This document shows, piece after piece, positions 18,054 through 26,682 of a stretch of 60,442 nt of DNA (within the stretch, counting starts at the first letter, position 1; the number at the start of each line of letters is the position of its first letter). Both the position numbers and the translations under genes were made by a program. Under the pieces are notes generated by a model that was given only the letters and a program-made list of their open reading frames with translations, ran no database searches and was not told the origin of the DNA. The DNA is from Patescibacteria group bacterium (GTDB lineage: Bacteria > Patescibacteriota > Microgenomatia > UBA12405), in NCBI GenBank assembly GCA_013387215.1, contig WARW01000001.1:185301-245742 (forward strand), given 5' to 3'.

Positions 18054-18641
18054 ATGAATCCAATTTTTAAGCATTGGCTTGTACTTGTTTTTATTATTAC
18101 TATTTTTTCCGGTTTAGCATATTTAGTAACACAACAAAATCTTCGTCAATCTGCTAATGATCCCCAAATTCAAATATCAGAAGATTTAGCCGAAGGATTG
18201 GCCAATGGCCAACAGCTCCCAGAAACTGATCTAAACAATGCTTTTGACATTTCCAAAAGTCTCAGTACCTTTGTAGTTGTTTACGATGATTCTGGTAAAC
18301 CCATTGTTTCTACTGCCAAATTAAACAACCAAGTTCCCATTATTCCATCAGGGATTTTTAATTATGTAAAAAACCACCATCAAACTCGAATTACCTGGCA
18401 GCCTCAGAAAGGAGTCAGAAGTGCAATTGTGGTCACTCGATATACTGGCACAAACTCTGGATATGTGTTGGCTGGCCGTTCTCTCAGAGAAATTGAAAAC
18501 AGAGAAACTCAATTGGAATTTCAAATTGGAGCAGTTTGGTTTTTTTCTTTGATTTCTTCTTTAATTTTTTTGTTTTTACTTGAAAAACTCTTTAATCTTC
18601 ATCCTATTATCATTTCCAAGAAAAACCGAAAAACCAGTTAA
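18054..18641 (+). CDS. Hypothetical protein with N- and C-terminal TM helices
   Basis: 195-aa ORF with hydrophobic termini and no family motif recognised. Confidence 0.6.
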   Translation: MNPIFKHWLVLVFIITIFSGLAYLVTQQNLRQSANDPQIQISEDLAEGLANGQQLPETDLNNAFDISKSLSTFVVVYDDSGKPIVSTAKLNNQVPIIPSGIFNYVKNHHQTRITWQPQKGVRSAIVVTRYTGTNSGYVLAGRSLREIENRETQLEFQIGAVWFFSLISSLIFLFLLEKLFNLHPIIISKKNRKTS

Positions 18642-18659
18642 TTATCCATAAGAACTTTT

Positions 18660-18929
18660 ATGCTAAAACATTTGAACATTGGCATATTTGGCCGAGTTCA
18701 AGGAGTTGCCTTCCGTCACCACACCCAGTTAAAAGCTGATGCTCTTCACCTTTATGGATTTGTCCGAAATGAACCCGATGGAAGTGTTTATATTGAAATT
18801 GAAGGTGAAAAAGAGTCGTTAGACCAATTTGTAGATTGGTGCCACCAAGGTTCTCCTCGTTCAGAAGTCAATCGGGTTGAAGTTAAAACTGGTAATCTGA
18901 AATACTTTTCTAATTTTAATGTCTATTAA
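18660..18929 (+). CDS. acyP: Acylphosphatase
   Basis: GRVQGVAFR phosphate-binding motif and FVRNEPDGSVYIEIEG, in an 89-aa protein. Confidence 0.85.
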   Translation: MLKHLNIGIFGRVQGVAFRHHTQLKADALHLYGFVRNEPDGSVYIEIEGEKESLDQFVDWCHQGSPRSEVNRVEVKTGNLKYFSNFNVY

Positions 18930-18933
18930 AATA

Positions 18934-19740
18934 TTATTGAGGTACAGAGTTTAAAAATGTTTTGGCCGGATCAATGGGAATTGCAAAACTCTGACTCGAA
19001 AAACTAGTGGCAGTTGCCGTATTTATTCCAATCACATTTCCAGAATCATCAATAAGTGGACTGCCTGAGTTTCCGGGTACTAAATCTAAATCAGTTTGGA
19101 TTACATTGTTTAATTTTTCTCTGCTATTTAAATATGGATTATCGGCAATCACTCTGTATCCTAAACCGGAAATTACCCCGGTTTTAACCGATTTTTGAAG
19201 TTGTCCTGGATTATTGCCTACAGTTGCCACAGCTTCTCCAATTTTAATATTATTCGATTCACCTAAATTTATGGCTATTAATTTGTTATCAGCGTGTTGA
19301 GTTGGATCAATTTTAATAACAGCTATATCATTGTTTGGATCACGGTATATATCCAATACTGTATATTTATCTCCATTATTAGTGGTCACTTGATATTTTG
19401 CCGACAGATCCTCGACTACATGTTTGTTGGTTAAAATATCCCCGTCTGAAGAAACAATGAATCCTGTCCCCATTGTCATATATGTTCCAAAGTTTTCAAA
19501 ATTAAAAAGCATTTGGGGTGAATTTTGTTTCATTCCCGTAATCATTACTATGGATGTTTCAAAATTTTTCGCCATATTAACCAGGCTTGCGTTCTCTATT
19601 TGTTTATCTACAACTGGAGTTTTTGGACCGGGGCTAAAATTCGCAGAAGCAACAATAATTATCAAAAAAATCCAGACTAAAACTAGCTGCCGAAACATAA
19701 GAACCAAAATTCTTAAGATTCCTAAATCCATATATATCAA
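18934..19740 (-). CDS. Trypsin-like (S1C/HtrA-like) serine protease without PDZ
   Basis: The catalytic triad contexts are TNKHVV, NDIAVIKI and PGNSGSPLID. There is an N-terminal TM helix. ATG 19731 is a likely alternative to the TTG 19740 track start. Confidence 0.8.
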   Translation of the reverse strand: MIYMDLGILRILVLMFRQLVLVWIFLIIIVASANFSPGPKTPVVDKQIENASLVNMAKNFETSIVMITGMKQNSPQMLFNFENFGTYMTMGTGFIVSSDGDILTNKHVVEDLSAKYQVTTNNGDKYTVLDIYRDPNNDIAVIKIDPTQHADNKLIAINLGESNNIKIGEAVATVGNNPGQLQKSVKTGVISGLGYRVIADNPYLNSREKLNNVIQTDLDLVPGNSGSPLIDDSGNVIGINTATATSFSSQSFAIPIDPAKTFLNSVPQ

Positions 19741-19761
19741 AGTATAACAATATGGATTGTT

Positions 19762-20949
19762 TTAGTTCAACATTGCCCTTGGTAAGCTTATCCAAAAAGT
19801 GCTTCCTTTCTTTAATTTTGATTCCAAAACTATTTTTCCTTTATGTAATTCAATAATTGATTTAACGATATATAAACCCATTCCTAATCCAAATTGGCTA
19901 TTTTCAGGTTGGTAAAATGGCTCAAAAATTAGACTTTGTTTATCTTCAGAAATTCCTTCACCCTGATCTTTAATAGCGATTATGTAATTATCTTTAGTAT
20001 TTTTTATTTCCAATGAAACAGTACTCTTTTCGGAAGAATATTTGACAGCGTTTATTAATAAATTACTGATTACCCGATCAATCGCATTTTTATCAGCAAG
20101 AATATTCGCATTATTGTGAGCTGAACAAAATTCAAATTTATAATTAGGATAAGTTGTTTGCATAATTTTTATCCTGTCCTCACAAAGTTTATGAAGATCA
20201 AAATATTCTTTTTGGATAATAAATTTGTTATTTTGTAATTTCGAATAATCCAATAGTTGGTCTACCATTGAAAGTAGTCTGTCAGATTCCTTTTTAATCG
20301 TTTCTGCCGATTTTAGTAGCATCGAGTTATTTTTTATGCTTGTATCTTTATTGTCTAAAAGACGTGTATACAACTTTATGGTTGTAATTGGATTTTTTAA
20401 ATCATGGACAATTGAGGCCGTAAATCTTTCTCTGGCAATAATCGATGATCTTAAATTTAATGTTTCCTTTTCTAGCTTTTGTTGTCTGTTTCTTATCATT
20501 GTCCCAATCAATAAAGCGATATTTAACCCGATCAATCCGCTAATTATAGATACTGAATTTTTGTTGACTATGAAAGTATATGTTGGAGAAAAAAGATAAT
20601 AGTCAATCAAAAGAAAAGACAATAATCCGGTAATTATTCCGATTTCGATTCCAAATGCCACCGTGGTCACTAATATATAAAAAATATAAGGAATAACCGG
20701 ATCAGGCAAATCATAAAAATAAGAATCGACCAACAAATATACAATTGTTGTTCCAATTAGAACTAAAAGGGAGATCAAAAATATCCTAAAGTTCTTTTTA
20801 TTAATTTCTCGTTTTAAAAGAACTTCAATATAAGAAAATGCAAAGTTGTCAAAGGAAACATAATACAAAAAAAGAAAACCTATGCCCAGGCCAAAAAGTA
20901 TGGCGGCGTGATGAATAAGATCATTGAATATGGATAACAAATTGATCAC
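19762..20949 (-). CDS. Membrane sensor histidine kinase (polytopic N-terminus)
   Basis: H-box SIVHDLKNP, N-box LINAVKYS, and G-boxes DQGEGI and GLGMGL. About 5 TM helices. No adjacent response regulator. Confidence 0.85.
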   Translation of the reverse strand: MINLLSIFNDLIHHAAILFGLGIGFLFLYYVSFDNFAFSYIEVLLKREINKKNFRIFLISLLVLIGTTIVYLLVDSYFYDLPDPVIPYIFYILVTTVAFGIEIGIITGLLSFLLIDYYLFSPTYTFIVNKNSVSIISGLIGLNIALLIGTMIRNRQQKLEKETLNLRSSIIARERFTASIVHDLKNPITTIKLYTRLLDNKDTSIKNNSMLLKSAETIKKESDRLLSMVDQLLDYSKLQNNKFIIQKEYFDLHKLCEDRIKIMQTTYPNYKFEFCSAHNNANILADKNAIDRVISNLLINAVKYSSEKSTVSLEIKNTKDNYIIAIKDQGEGISEDKQSLIFEPFYQPENSQFGLGMGLYIVKSIIELHKGKIVLESKLKKGSTFWISLPRAMLN

Positions 20950-21016
20950 TTCCTACGTATGTTACCATAAATTGTTATGTAAGAATATTATTTTTATCAC
21001 AAACTTGTGAAGTATA

Positions 21017-21349
21017 TTATCCTATCGATTCCTGTAATTCCGGTTTGAACATTTCTTTAGGCCTAAAACCGATAAATTCTTTAACCACCTTGCCGTCTTT
21101 AAATAATTTCATGTTCGGAATACTTTGAATTTGATATTGGTAAACCAAAGCTAAATTTTCAGCTGCTTCAGTATCAAATTTTGCTATTTTTAGTCTTTCT
21201 CCAAATTCTTCGGATAATTCATCCAATATTGGCGCCATCATCAGACAAGGTCCACACCACGACGCCCAAAAATCCACTAATACTGGTATCTTTGAGTTAA
21301 TTACTTCTTCCTGAAAATTTGCGCTATTTACATCAATCGTTTTTGACAT
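21017..21349 (-). CDS. trxA: Thioredoxin
   Basis: WASWCGPC active site in a 110-aa protein. Confidence 0.92.
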   Translation of the reverse strand: MSKTIDVNSANFQEEVINSKIPVLVDFWASWCGPCLMMAPILDELSEEFGERLKIAKFDTEAAENLALVYQYQIQSIPNMKLFKDGKVVKEFIGFRPKEMFKPELQESIG

Positions 21350-21596
21350 ATTTTTTAAACTTAATTAATAATTTTTTATCTTGGCTTTTTAGTGAAGTTA
21401 AGCATCTTTCAAATTGTTCTTCCATTACCTGATCCATAACTCCTGTCACTGCCGATCTTATGGCTTTTAATTGAGTTAACACTTTCATGCAGTCGCTATT
21501 ATTTTCCATCATTTTTTTAACTCCATCAATTTGACCGCTGATATTGTTTAGCCTTTGCAATTGTGTCTTCATGCCAGATTTTAGCATACACCCCAT
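21333..21596 (-). CDS. CsoR/RcnR-family (DUF156) transcriptional repressor, x-C-Q-C type
   Basis: LNNISGQIDGVKKMMENNSDCMKVLTQLKAIRSAV...EEQFERC aligns to CsoR helices. Cys is present at both Cys positions and Gln replaces the His ligand. The 3' end overlaps trxA by 17 nt. The start could be 21596 or 21587. Confidence 0.8.
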   Translation of the reverse strand: MGCMLKSGMKTQLQRLNNISGQIDGVKKMMENNSDCMKVLTQLKAIRSAVTGVMDQVMEEQFERCLTSLKSQDKKLLIKFKKYVKND

Positions 21597-21604
21597 AGGG
21601 GTGT
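21588..21604. promoter_or_regulatory. GC-rich palindrome, candidate CsoR-family operator
   Basis: ACACCCC-ATA-GGGGTGT is a perfect 7-3-7 inverted repeat spanning the annotated ATG of the repressor gene. TAAGTT (rc of 21607-21612) lies just upstream. Confidence 0.55.
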
Positions 21605-21673
21605 CAAACTTACCAATATATCCTGCCTTTTTAATACTAAAGGGGACTTATATTTTTTGTTAAAATATTTTAT

Positions 21674-21835
21674 ATGACTATAAATAAAACATGGCATCTT
21701 GCAAATAAAATGCCCAAAAATCCCAGCGCTGAACAAAGAATTAATTGGCATATTCAACATGCCACAAATTGTTCTTGTCGTCCGATTCCTTCAAAACTTT
21801 TGGAAGAAATTGAAAAATATGAAAACTCTAAATAA
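21674..21835 (+). CDS. Small conserved-looking protein (53 aa) with W-H ... C-x-C motif, not in the ORF track
   Basis: MTINKTWHLANKMPKNPSAEQRINWHIQHATNCSCRPIPSKLLEEIEKYENSK*. TAAAAT (21661-21666) lies 7 nt before the ATG. It resembles a widespread small hypothetical family (WH..N.MPKN....QRI.WH.EH...C.CR.IP) from memory. Confidence 0.6.
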   Translation: MTINKTWHLANKMPKNPSAEQRINWHIQHATNCSCRPIPSKLLEEIEKYENSK

Positions 21836-22406
21836 AATTGCCATTATTTGGTCAATTTGTTTTTTATTTTTATTATCAAGTTTATACATAATAAGCCAGC
21901 GTCGCCATGTTTCCGTTTCTCCAGTAAACACTCCAACCCCAACAGCTTTCATTACTCCTACTCCAACAAATTATTATTCAGTTGTAAAAGTTGTTGACGG
22001 CGACACAATCAATGTCTCACTCGATAATAAAACTGAAAAAGTCCGATTGCTTGGAATAAACACACCAGAAGTTGTCGACCCGCGTGTCCCTGTTCAATGT
22101 TTTGGAAAAGAAGCGTCCGACTTTGCCAAAAGCATTTTAGCTGGAAAAAAAGTTCGATTAGAACCTGATCCAACCCAGGGAGATGTAGATTCGTATGGCC
22201 GGCTTCTTCGATACGTTTATCTTGAAGATGATACTTTTGTTAATAAGTTGATGATTGAGAAGGGCTATGCTTTTGAATATACCTACAAACTTCCCTATAA
22301 ATATCGAGATGAGTTTCGGGCGGCTCAAAAAACAGCTTCTGAACAAAATCTTGGACTCTGGTCTCCTTCAACTTGTAATGGTCAACTTAAGCCTAAAAAT
22401 AAATAA
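21819..22406 (+). CDS. Secreted thermonuclease (SNase/micrococcal nuclease-like)
   Basis: VVDGDTI and VRLLGINTPE are SNase motifs. I prefer ATG 21819 (MKTLNKIAIIWSICFLF..., a signal/TM) over track start 21699, whose extension covers the small ORF in another frame. Confidence 0.85.
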   Translation: MKTLNKIAIIWSICFLFLLSSLYIISQRRHVSVSPVNTPTPTAFITPTPTNYYSVVKVVDGDTINVSLDNKTEKVRLLGINTPEVVDPRVPVQCFGKEASDFAKSILAGKKVRLEPDPTQGDVDSYGRLLRYVYLEDDTFVNKLMIEKGYAFEYTYKLPYKYRDEFRAAQKTASEQNLGLWSPSTCNGQLKPKNK

Positions 22407-22420
22407 GATATAATCATTTT

Positions 22421-22663
22421 ATGAACAATAAAAATGACACCTTTGAGGTCAGAGGAGAAGACTTAATCAAAAAAGTTAAAGAATTAATCGCCGAAGGCAA
22501 TGTTCGAAACATATCTATTATTGATAAAAATAATAAAACCTTAATCGTTATTCCCTTAACTATTGGAGTTGTTGGGGCTGTTTTGGCTCCAGCTCTCGCC
22601 GCGGTTGGGGCGATTGCCGCACTAGTCACCGAATGTACAATTAAAGTGGAAAGAAAAGATTAA
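22421..22663 (+). CDS. DUF4342 domain protein
   Basis: FEVRGEDLIKKVKELIAEGNVRNISI...IPLTIGVVGAVLAPALAAVGAIAALVTECTIKVE matches the DUF4342 pattern. TATAAT (22409-22414) lies 6 nt before the ATG. Confidence 0.75.
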   Translation: MNNKNDTFEVRGEDLIKKVKELIAEGNVRNISIIDKNNKTLIVIPLTIGVVGAVLAPALAAVGAIAALVTECTIKVERKD

Positions 22664-23166
22664 TTAAATATCTCAACTCCACCAAAAATTGCTGATCCTC
22701 TTATTTTTAAAGTCACTGTTTTTTCTTTTTCGGAATCAGTAGTGTTGTTTTCGTAACCCCCAAACACACCTACACCCTCAGAACTTACTTTCCAATTTTT
22801 GGGCACCGCAACTTTTGCTGATCCAAAAATTGAAACGATTTCCATATTTATCACCTTTGACTCAGATTTTGCTTTACTTAAATCTAATTTGCCTTCACCA
22901 AAAATCGACACAAACTTTCCACCTTTAAAATCTTCAGTGTCAATTTTTCGGCTGACCGAACTAAAAATTACTGTTTCGTCTAGTTCATCTTGCTTCATGG
23001 TGCTGGCACTTTTGAAATCAAAACTTCTGTCTGGTCTAGACAATATTTTAATACCTAAAAGAATCAATATTGCTGGCCACAAAATATTCCAAATATCTAT
23101 TTTAAATAAAACACTTAAACCCAAAAAAATTAATATTACACCGGCAATAAATCTTGTAGTACTCAT
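22660..23166 (-). CDS. LiaF-like cell-envelope stress protein (DUF2154 C-terminal domain)
   Basis: Two N-terminal TM helices, then repeated beta-strand motifs SIFGEGKLDLS, VSIFGSAKVAVP, VGVFGGYEN and GSAIFGGVEI. Confidence 0.7.
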   Translation of the reverse strand: MSTTRFIAGVILIFLGLSVLFKIDIWNILWPAILILLGIKILSRPDRSFDFKSASTMKQDELDETVIFSSVSRKIDTEDFKGGKFVSIFGEGKLDLSKAKSESKVINMEIVSIFGSAKVAVPKNWKVSSEGVGVFGGYENNTTDSEKEKTVTLKIRGSAIFGGVEIFN

Positions 23167-23576
23167 TTTTTTATATTTCCCATAAACATAATAATATCCA
23201 CTAATTGTGGAGGCAGACCCATAATTAAAGGCGATCCGACAGAATAAAGTCCATATATTAAAATCAGGATAAATGCAGCTAGTGCTAATACACTAATAAT
23301 AATTCTTGAAAAAATATTACGGCCTAAAATTACATTAATACCTGCAAATATTAAAAATATTGGCCAGAAGCCAACAATGTAATTCCAAATTTCCCAGGGA
23401 ACTATTCCTAAATTATTTAATAAAAATAAAACGCCTAAAAATATTAAAAAGAATCCTCCGGTAACTCCTCGTCCGCAAAAGCGATTTTCTCTTCTATATT
23501 GGCGCCATTCTCTTTTTAATCTTCGCCTTTCCTCTCGGGCATTATCAAATACAGACGGTTCTTCATTTTTTGTCAT
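23163..23576 (-). CDS. LiaF/LiaI-type transmembrane-domain protein
   Basis: I prefer ATG 23576 (MTKNEEP...), which has TATTAT 6 nt upstream; the track starts at TTG 23594. A basic N-terminus is followed by 4 TM helices. There is a 4-nt overlap with the downstream LiaF-like gene. Confidence 0.6.
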   Translation of the reverse strand: MTKNEEPSVFDNAREERRRLKREWRQYRRENRFCGRGVTGGFFLIFLGVLFLLNNLGIVPWEIWNYIVGFWPIFLIFAGINVILGRNIFSRIIISVLALAAFILILIYGLYSVGSPLIMGLPPQLVDIIMFMGNIKK

Positions 23577-23621
23577 ATCTAAATAATACAGCAAAATCTA
23601 TATTTTCTGTTAAACTAACGG

Positions 23622-24689
23622 GTGTCTTTCCAAATAAAAGAATATAAATACCATTTGCCTGAAAGCTTAATTGCTGCCGCCCCAACCATTCCTCGGGATT
23701 GTTGTCGTTTAATGGATGTCAATAAAACTGAAAATAAAATCACTGATAAACATTTTTATGACTTGGCAGAAATTTTATCGGAAAATGATGTTTTGGTTTT
23801 AAATCAAAGTAAAGTTTTTCCCGCAAGAATTTATGGAAAAAAGGCGAGTGGTGGTCAAGTGGAGCTCTTGCTTTTTCATCAGCTCGAAAATGATCTTTGG
23901 GAATCAATCTCAAAACCTGGTTTAAAAGTTGGCACTCAATTAATTTTTTCCGAAATCTTAACTGGTGAGGTCGTGGAAAGAAACATTAAAACTGGAGAAA
24001 TTAAAATTAAATTTAATAAAAAAGATGCTGACTTTTTCGATACTCTAGATAAAATTGGTTGTATTCCTATTCCGCCATATATTTCCACAAAAGCTTCTGA
24101 AGATACCCTACGGGCAGATTATCAAACTGTTTATGCCAAAAAAGTTGGTTCAGCCGCCGCTCCTACCGCCGGTTTGCATTTTACTCAAGAATTATTGGAT
24201 AAATTAAAATCTAAAGGTGTCCAAATTGAATATGTAACTCTTCATGTTGGTTTAGGGACATTCAAACCATTAACTGAAGAAAATTTGATTACTAAAAAAT
24301 TACATCAGGAGTTTTATGAAATCGACAAAGATACCGCCGCTCGTTTAAATTCTGCAAAAAAATCTGGAAAAAGAATTATTGCTGTTGGCACTACCTCTGC
24401 TCGCACTTTAGAAAGTGCTGTTCAAAATAAAGTTCTTAAATCAGGTACTAATTCGACTCAATTATTTATCAATCCGCCCTATCAATTCCAATTTATTGAT
24501 GCCTTGATTACTAATTTTCATTTACCAGAGTCTAGTTTGTTGATGATGGTGACTGCTTTTGTTTGTTCTCCCAACTCGCCTCATATTTTCACTAATTTTA
24601 ATGAATCCATAATTGGTGTTGCCTATAAAAAGGCTATTAAAAATAAGTATCGTTTCTTTAGTTTTGGTGATGCTATGTTTATTCATTAA
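23622..24689 (+). CDS. queA: S-adenosylmethionine:tRNA ribosyltransferase-isomerase
   Basis: YHLPESLIAAAP..PRD..RLM, PTAGLHFT and GTTSARTLES motifs. GTG start with TAAACT 5 nt upstream. Confidence 0.9.
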   Translation: MSFQIKEYKYHLPESLIAAAPTIPRDCCRLMDVNKTENKITDKHFYDLAEILSENDVLVLNQSKVFPARIYGKKASGGQVELLLFHQLENDLWESISKPGLKVGTQLIFSEILTGEVVERNIKTGEIKIKFNKKDADFFDTLDKIGCIPIPPYISTKASEDTLRADYQTVYAKKVGSAAAPTAGLHFTQELLDKLKSKGVQIEYVTLHVGLGTFKPLTEENLITKKLHQEFYEIDKDTAARLNSAKKSGKRIIAVGTTSARTLESAVQNKVLKSGTNSTQLFINPPYQFQFIDALITNFHLPESSLLMMVTAFVCSPNSPHIFTNFNESIIGVAYKKAIKNKYRFFSFGDAMFIH

Positions 24690-24782
24690 GTTCTTTCTTC
24701 TTACTCATTTATTACCTAAGATTGCAAATAATCTGACGATCCCTACTTAAAATAAAGCTATTACTTTATCAAGTTAACTTAA

Positions 24783-26585
24783 ATGCTTGCTAGTTCTAAA
24801 AACTTATTTCTTAAAATAATTAGCGGGTTTTTAATAATATCTTTATTTTTTCCTCGTTTATCTTTAGCTCAAATTAACGACTGGCAAAAAGGGGCTTCTA
24901 TTTATCCCAACTCCACCACTGATTTTTCCACTGATTCATTTAAAAAATCAGTTTCCAATTTAAAATCGACCAATGCCAACTATGTTTCTTTGATAATTCC
25001 ATATTATCAATCATCTGATAGCAGTTCTGATATTTTTGCTGGTTGGAACACGCCAACAGACGAGTCACTTGTTAATGCGGTCAACTATATTCATTCTCAG
25101 GGAATGAAAGTCATGTTTAATATTCATGTTGATTTGCCCAATGGAGAATGGCGCCGCTACATAAATGCTTCAGATAGAAATTCTTGGTTTAAAAATTATG
25201 GCAGCATCTTAAATCATTATGCTAGCCTGGCTCAAAGCAATCATGTTGAAGAATATTGCATTGGCACGGAGCTTTATGAAATGACTAGTGCTAATGCCAA
25301 TTCTAGTAATACTGATAATTGGAAAAATCTCATTAAAAATATTAGAGATCTTTATTCGGGATTATTAACTTATAGTGCACAACACGCCACACCTACCGAA
25401 GAATTAGAAATTCAATTTTGGGATAAACTAGATTTTATTGGTCTTTCGGCATATTTTTTGCTCGATCAATATAATCAATATCCCTCTGTGGATACACTCA
25501 AAAGTTCTTGGAATGATTGGAATAATCAAATAATTTCACCTCTGTCTCAAAAATGGAACAAACCAATTTTATTTACTGAAGTAGGCTATAAAAGTGTCAC
25601 TGGCGCTCATGCTGTTCCTGGTCTCTCTTCTTATTCAAATTCTCTTGATCAAGCCGAACAGGCACGGGATTATGAAGCATTATTTCAATATTGGAATGAT
25701 CAATCTTTTATGAAAGGCGTTTTATTTTGGGATTGGAAAAGTTATCCTGATGCTGGAGGCCAGAACGATCCTGATTACACTCCTCAAAACAAACAAGCTC
25801 AAACAGTTATGACAAACTGGTTTAGTGGAAGTAGTAATAATTCCTCGGATCCATCTCCAACTCCTACCCCTATTTATAACAATGCAAATTACCAAACTAA
25901 AGCATCCATTTTACCGGTAAATCCTGCAGTCGATATTCCTATGACTATAACTGCCAATGTTAAACCTGATAACAATACTCAAGACATAATCATTGATCTT
26001 GAAATATATGACAACAACGGGTCGCAGGTTTTTCAAAAATATTTTGAACATCAAAACATCAATGCCAACCAGGATTCTGTCTATACCATCAATAATTGGT
26101 CAACAAATAATCAAAAGAGATATACGGTAAAAATAGGCATTTTTAACAATAACTGGAACTCAAATTATCAGTGGAACGACAATGCCTTAACTTTTGACAC
26201 TGGCACTCAAATTTACAATCCCACTCCAACAATTGTGCCTTCTGTTACTCTCGCACCCACTCAAACGCCTTCCGCTCCGCCCCAATCTCAAGATCTTCAG
26301 GTCTGGTGGCCAACTGATAATGGTACGATTTCAGGAACCCAGCCTTTCAAGGCCATGCTCACTAATACTCCTATTGATAGCTATAAAATTTATTGGCAAG
26401 TCGACGGTGATCAGCTAAATGAAATGTCTAGTAACTCTTCTGATTATCCACACAAAGAAACTTCTGTTGACGTTAGTAATTGGAACTGGAAAGGAAATGG
26501 TCCTTATAGTCTTAAATTCATCGCCAAAGATTCTAGCGGAAACACTCTTAAAGAAAGCACTCTTAATCTAAACGTTTCTCATTAA
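24783..26585 (+). CDS. Secreted TIM-barrel glycoside hydrolase-like protein with C-terminal beta-sandwich modules
   Basis: Signal peptide (..RLSLAQ). Candidate clan GH-A-like glutamates occur in IGTELYEM and LFTEVGYKS. P/T linkers are present. A C-terminal module is shared with the 33454 CDS. Confidence 0.7.
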   Translation: MLASSKNLFLKIISGFLIISLFFPRLSLAQINDWQKGASIYPNSTTDFSTDSFKKSVSNLKSTNANYVSLIIPYYQSSDSSSDIFAGWNTPTDESLVNAVNYIHSQGMKVMFNIHVDLPNGEWRRYINASDRNSWFKNYGSILNHYASLAQSNHVEEYCIGTELYEMTSANANSSNTDNWKNLIKNIRDLYSGLLTYSAQHATPTEELEIQFWDKLDFIGLSAYFLLDQYNQYPSVDTLKSSWNDWNNQIISPLSQKWNKPILFTEVGYKSVTGAHAVPGLSSYSNSLDQAEQARDYEALFQYWNDQSFMKGVLFWDWKSYPDAGGQNDPDYTPQNKQAQTVMTNWFSGSSNNSSDPSPTPTPIYNNANYQTKASILPVNPAVDIPMTITANVKPDNNTQDIIIDLEIYDNNGSQVFQKYFEHQNINANQDSVYTINNWSTNNQKRYTVKIGIFNNNWNSNYQWNDNALTFDTGTQIYNPTPTIVPSVTLAPTQTPSAPPQSQDLQVWWPTDNGTISGTQPFKAMLTNTPIDSYKIYWQVDGDQLNEMSSNSSDYPHKETSVDVSNWNWKGNGPYSLKFIAKDSSGNTLKESTLNLNVSH

Positions 26586-26682
26586 ACAAATCTTTCTGTT
26601 TTATTACACTTTTTTTATATAAATCTTTTTTGCAATAAGTATCCTACAAAGTCTTTACATGATTATATAAGTTAATTACACA

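Noticed and set aside
21699-21818. N-terminal 40-aa extension of the nuclease ORF
   Set aside because: The extension has no signal peptide and covers a better-supported small ORF in another frame. ATG 21819 gives a normal signal/TM N-terminus.
22414-23185. ORFs 22414-22629(-) and 22799-23185(+), antisense to the DUF4342 and LiaF-like genes
   Set aside because: The opposite-strand frames carry recognisable family patterns. These two do not.
23577-23621. PreQ1 riboswitch upstream of queA
   Set aside because: The spacer is only 45 nt and is shared with a divergent promoter. TAAACT lies 5 nt before the GTG start, leaving no room for an aptamer.
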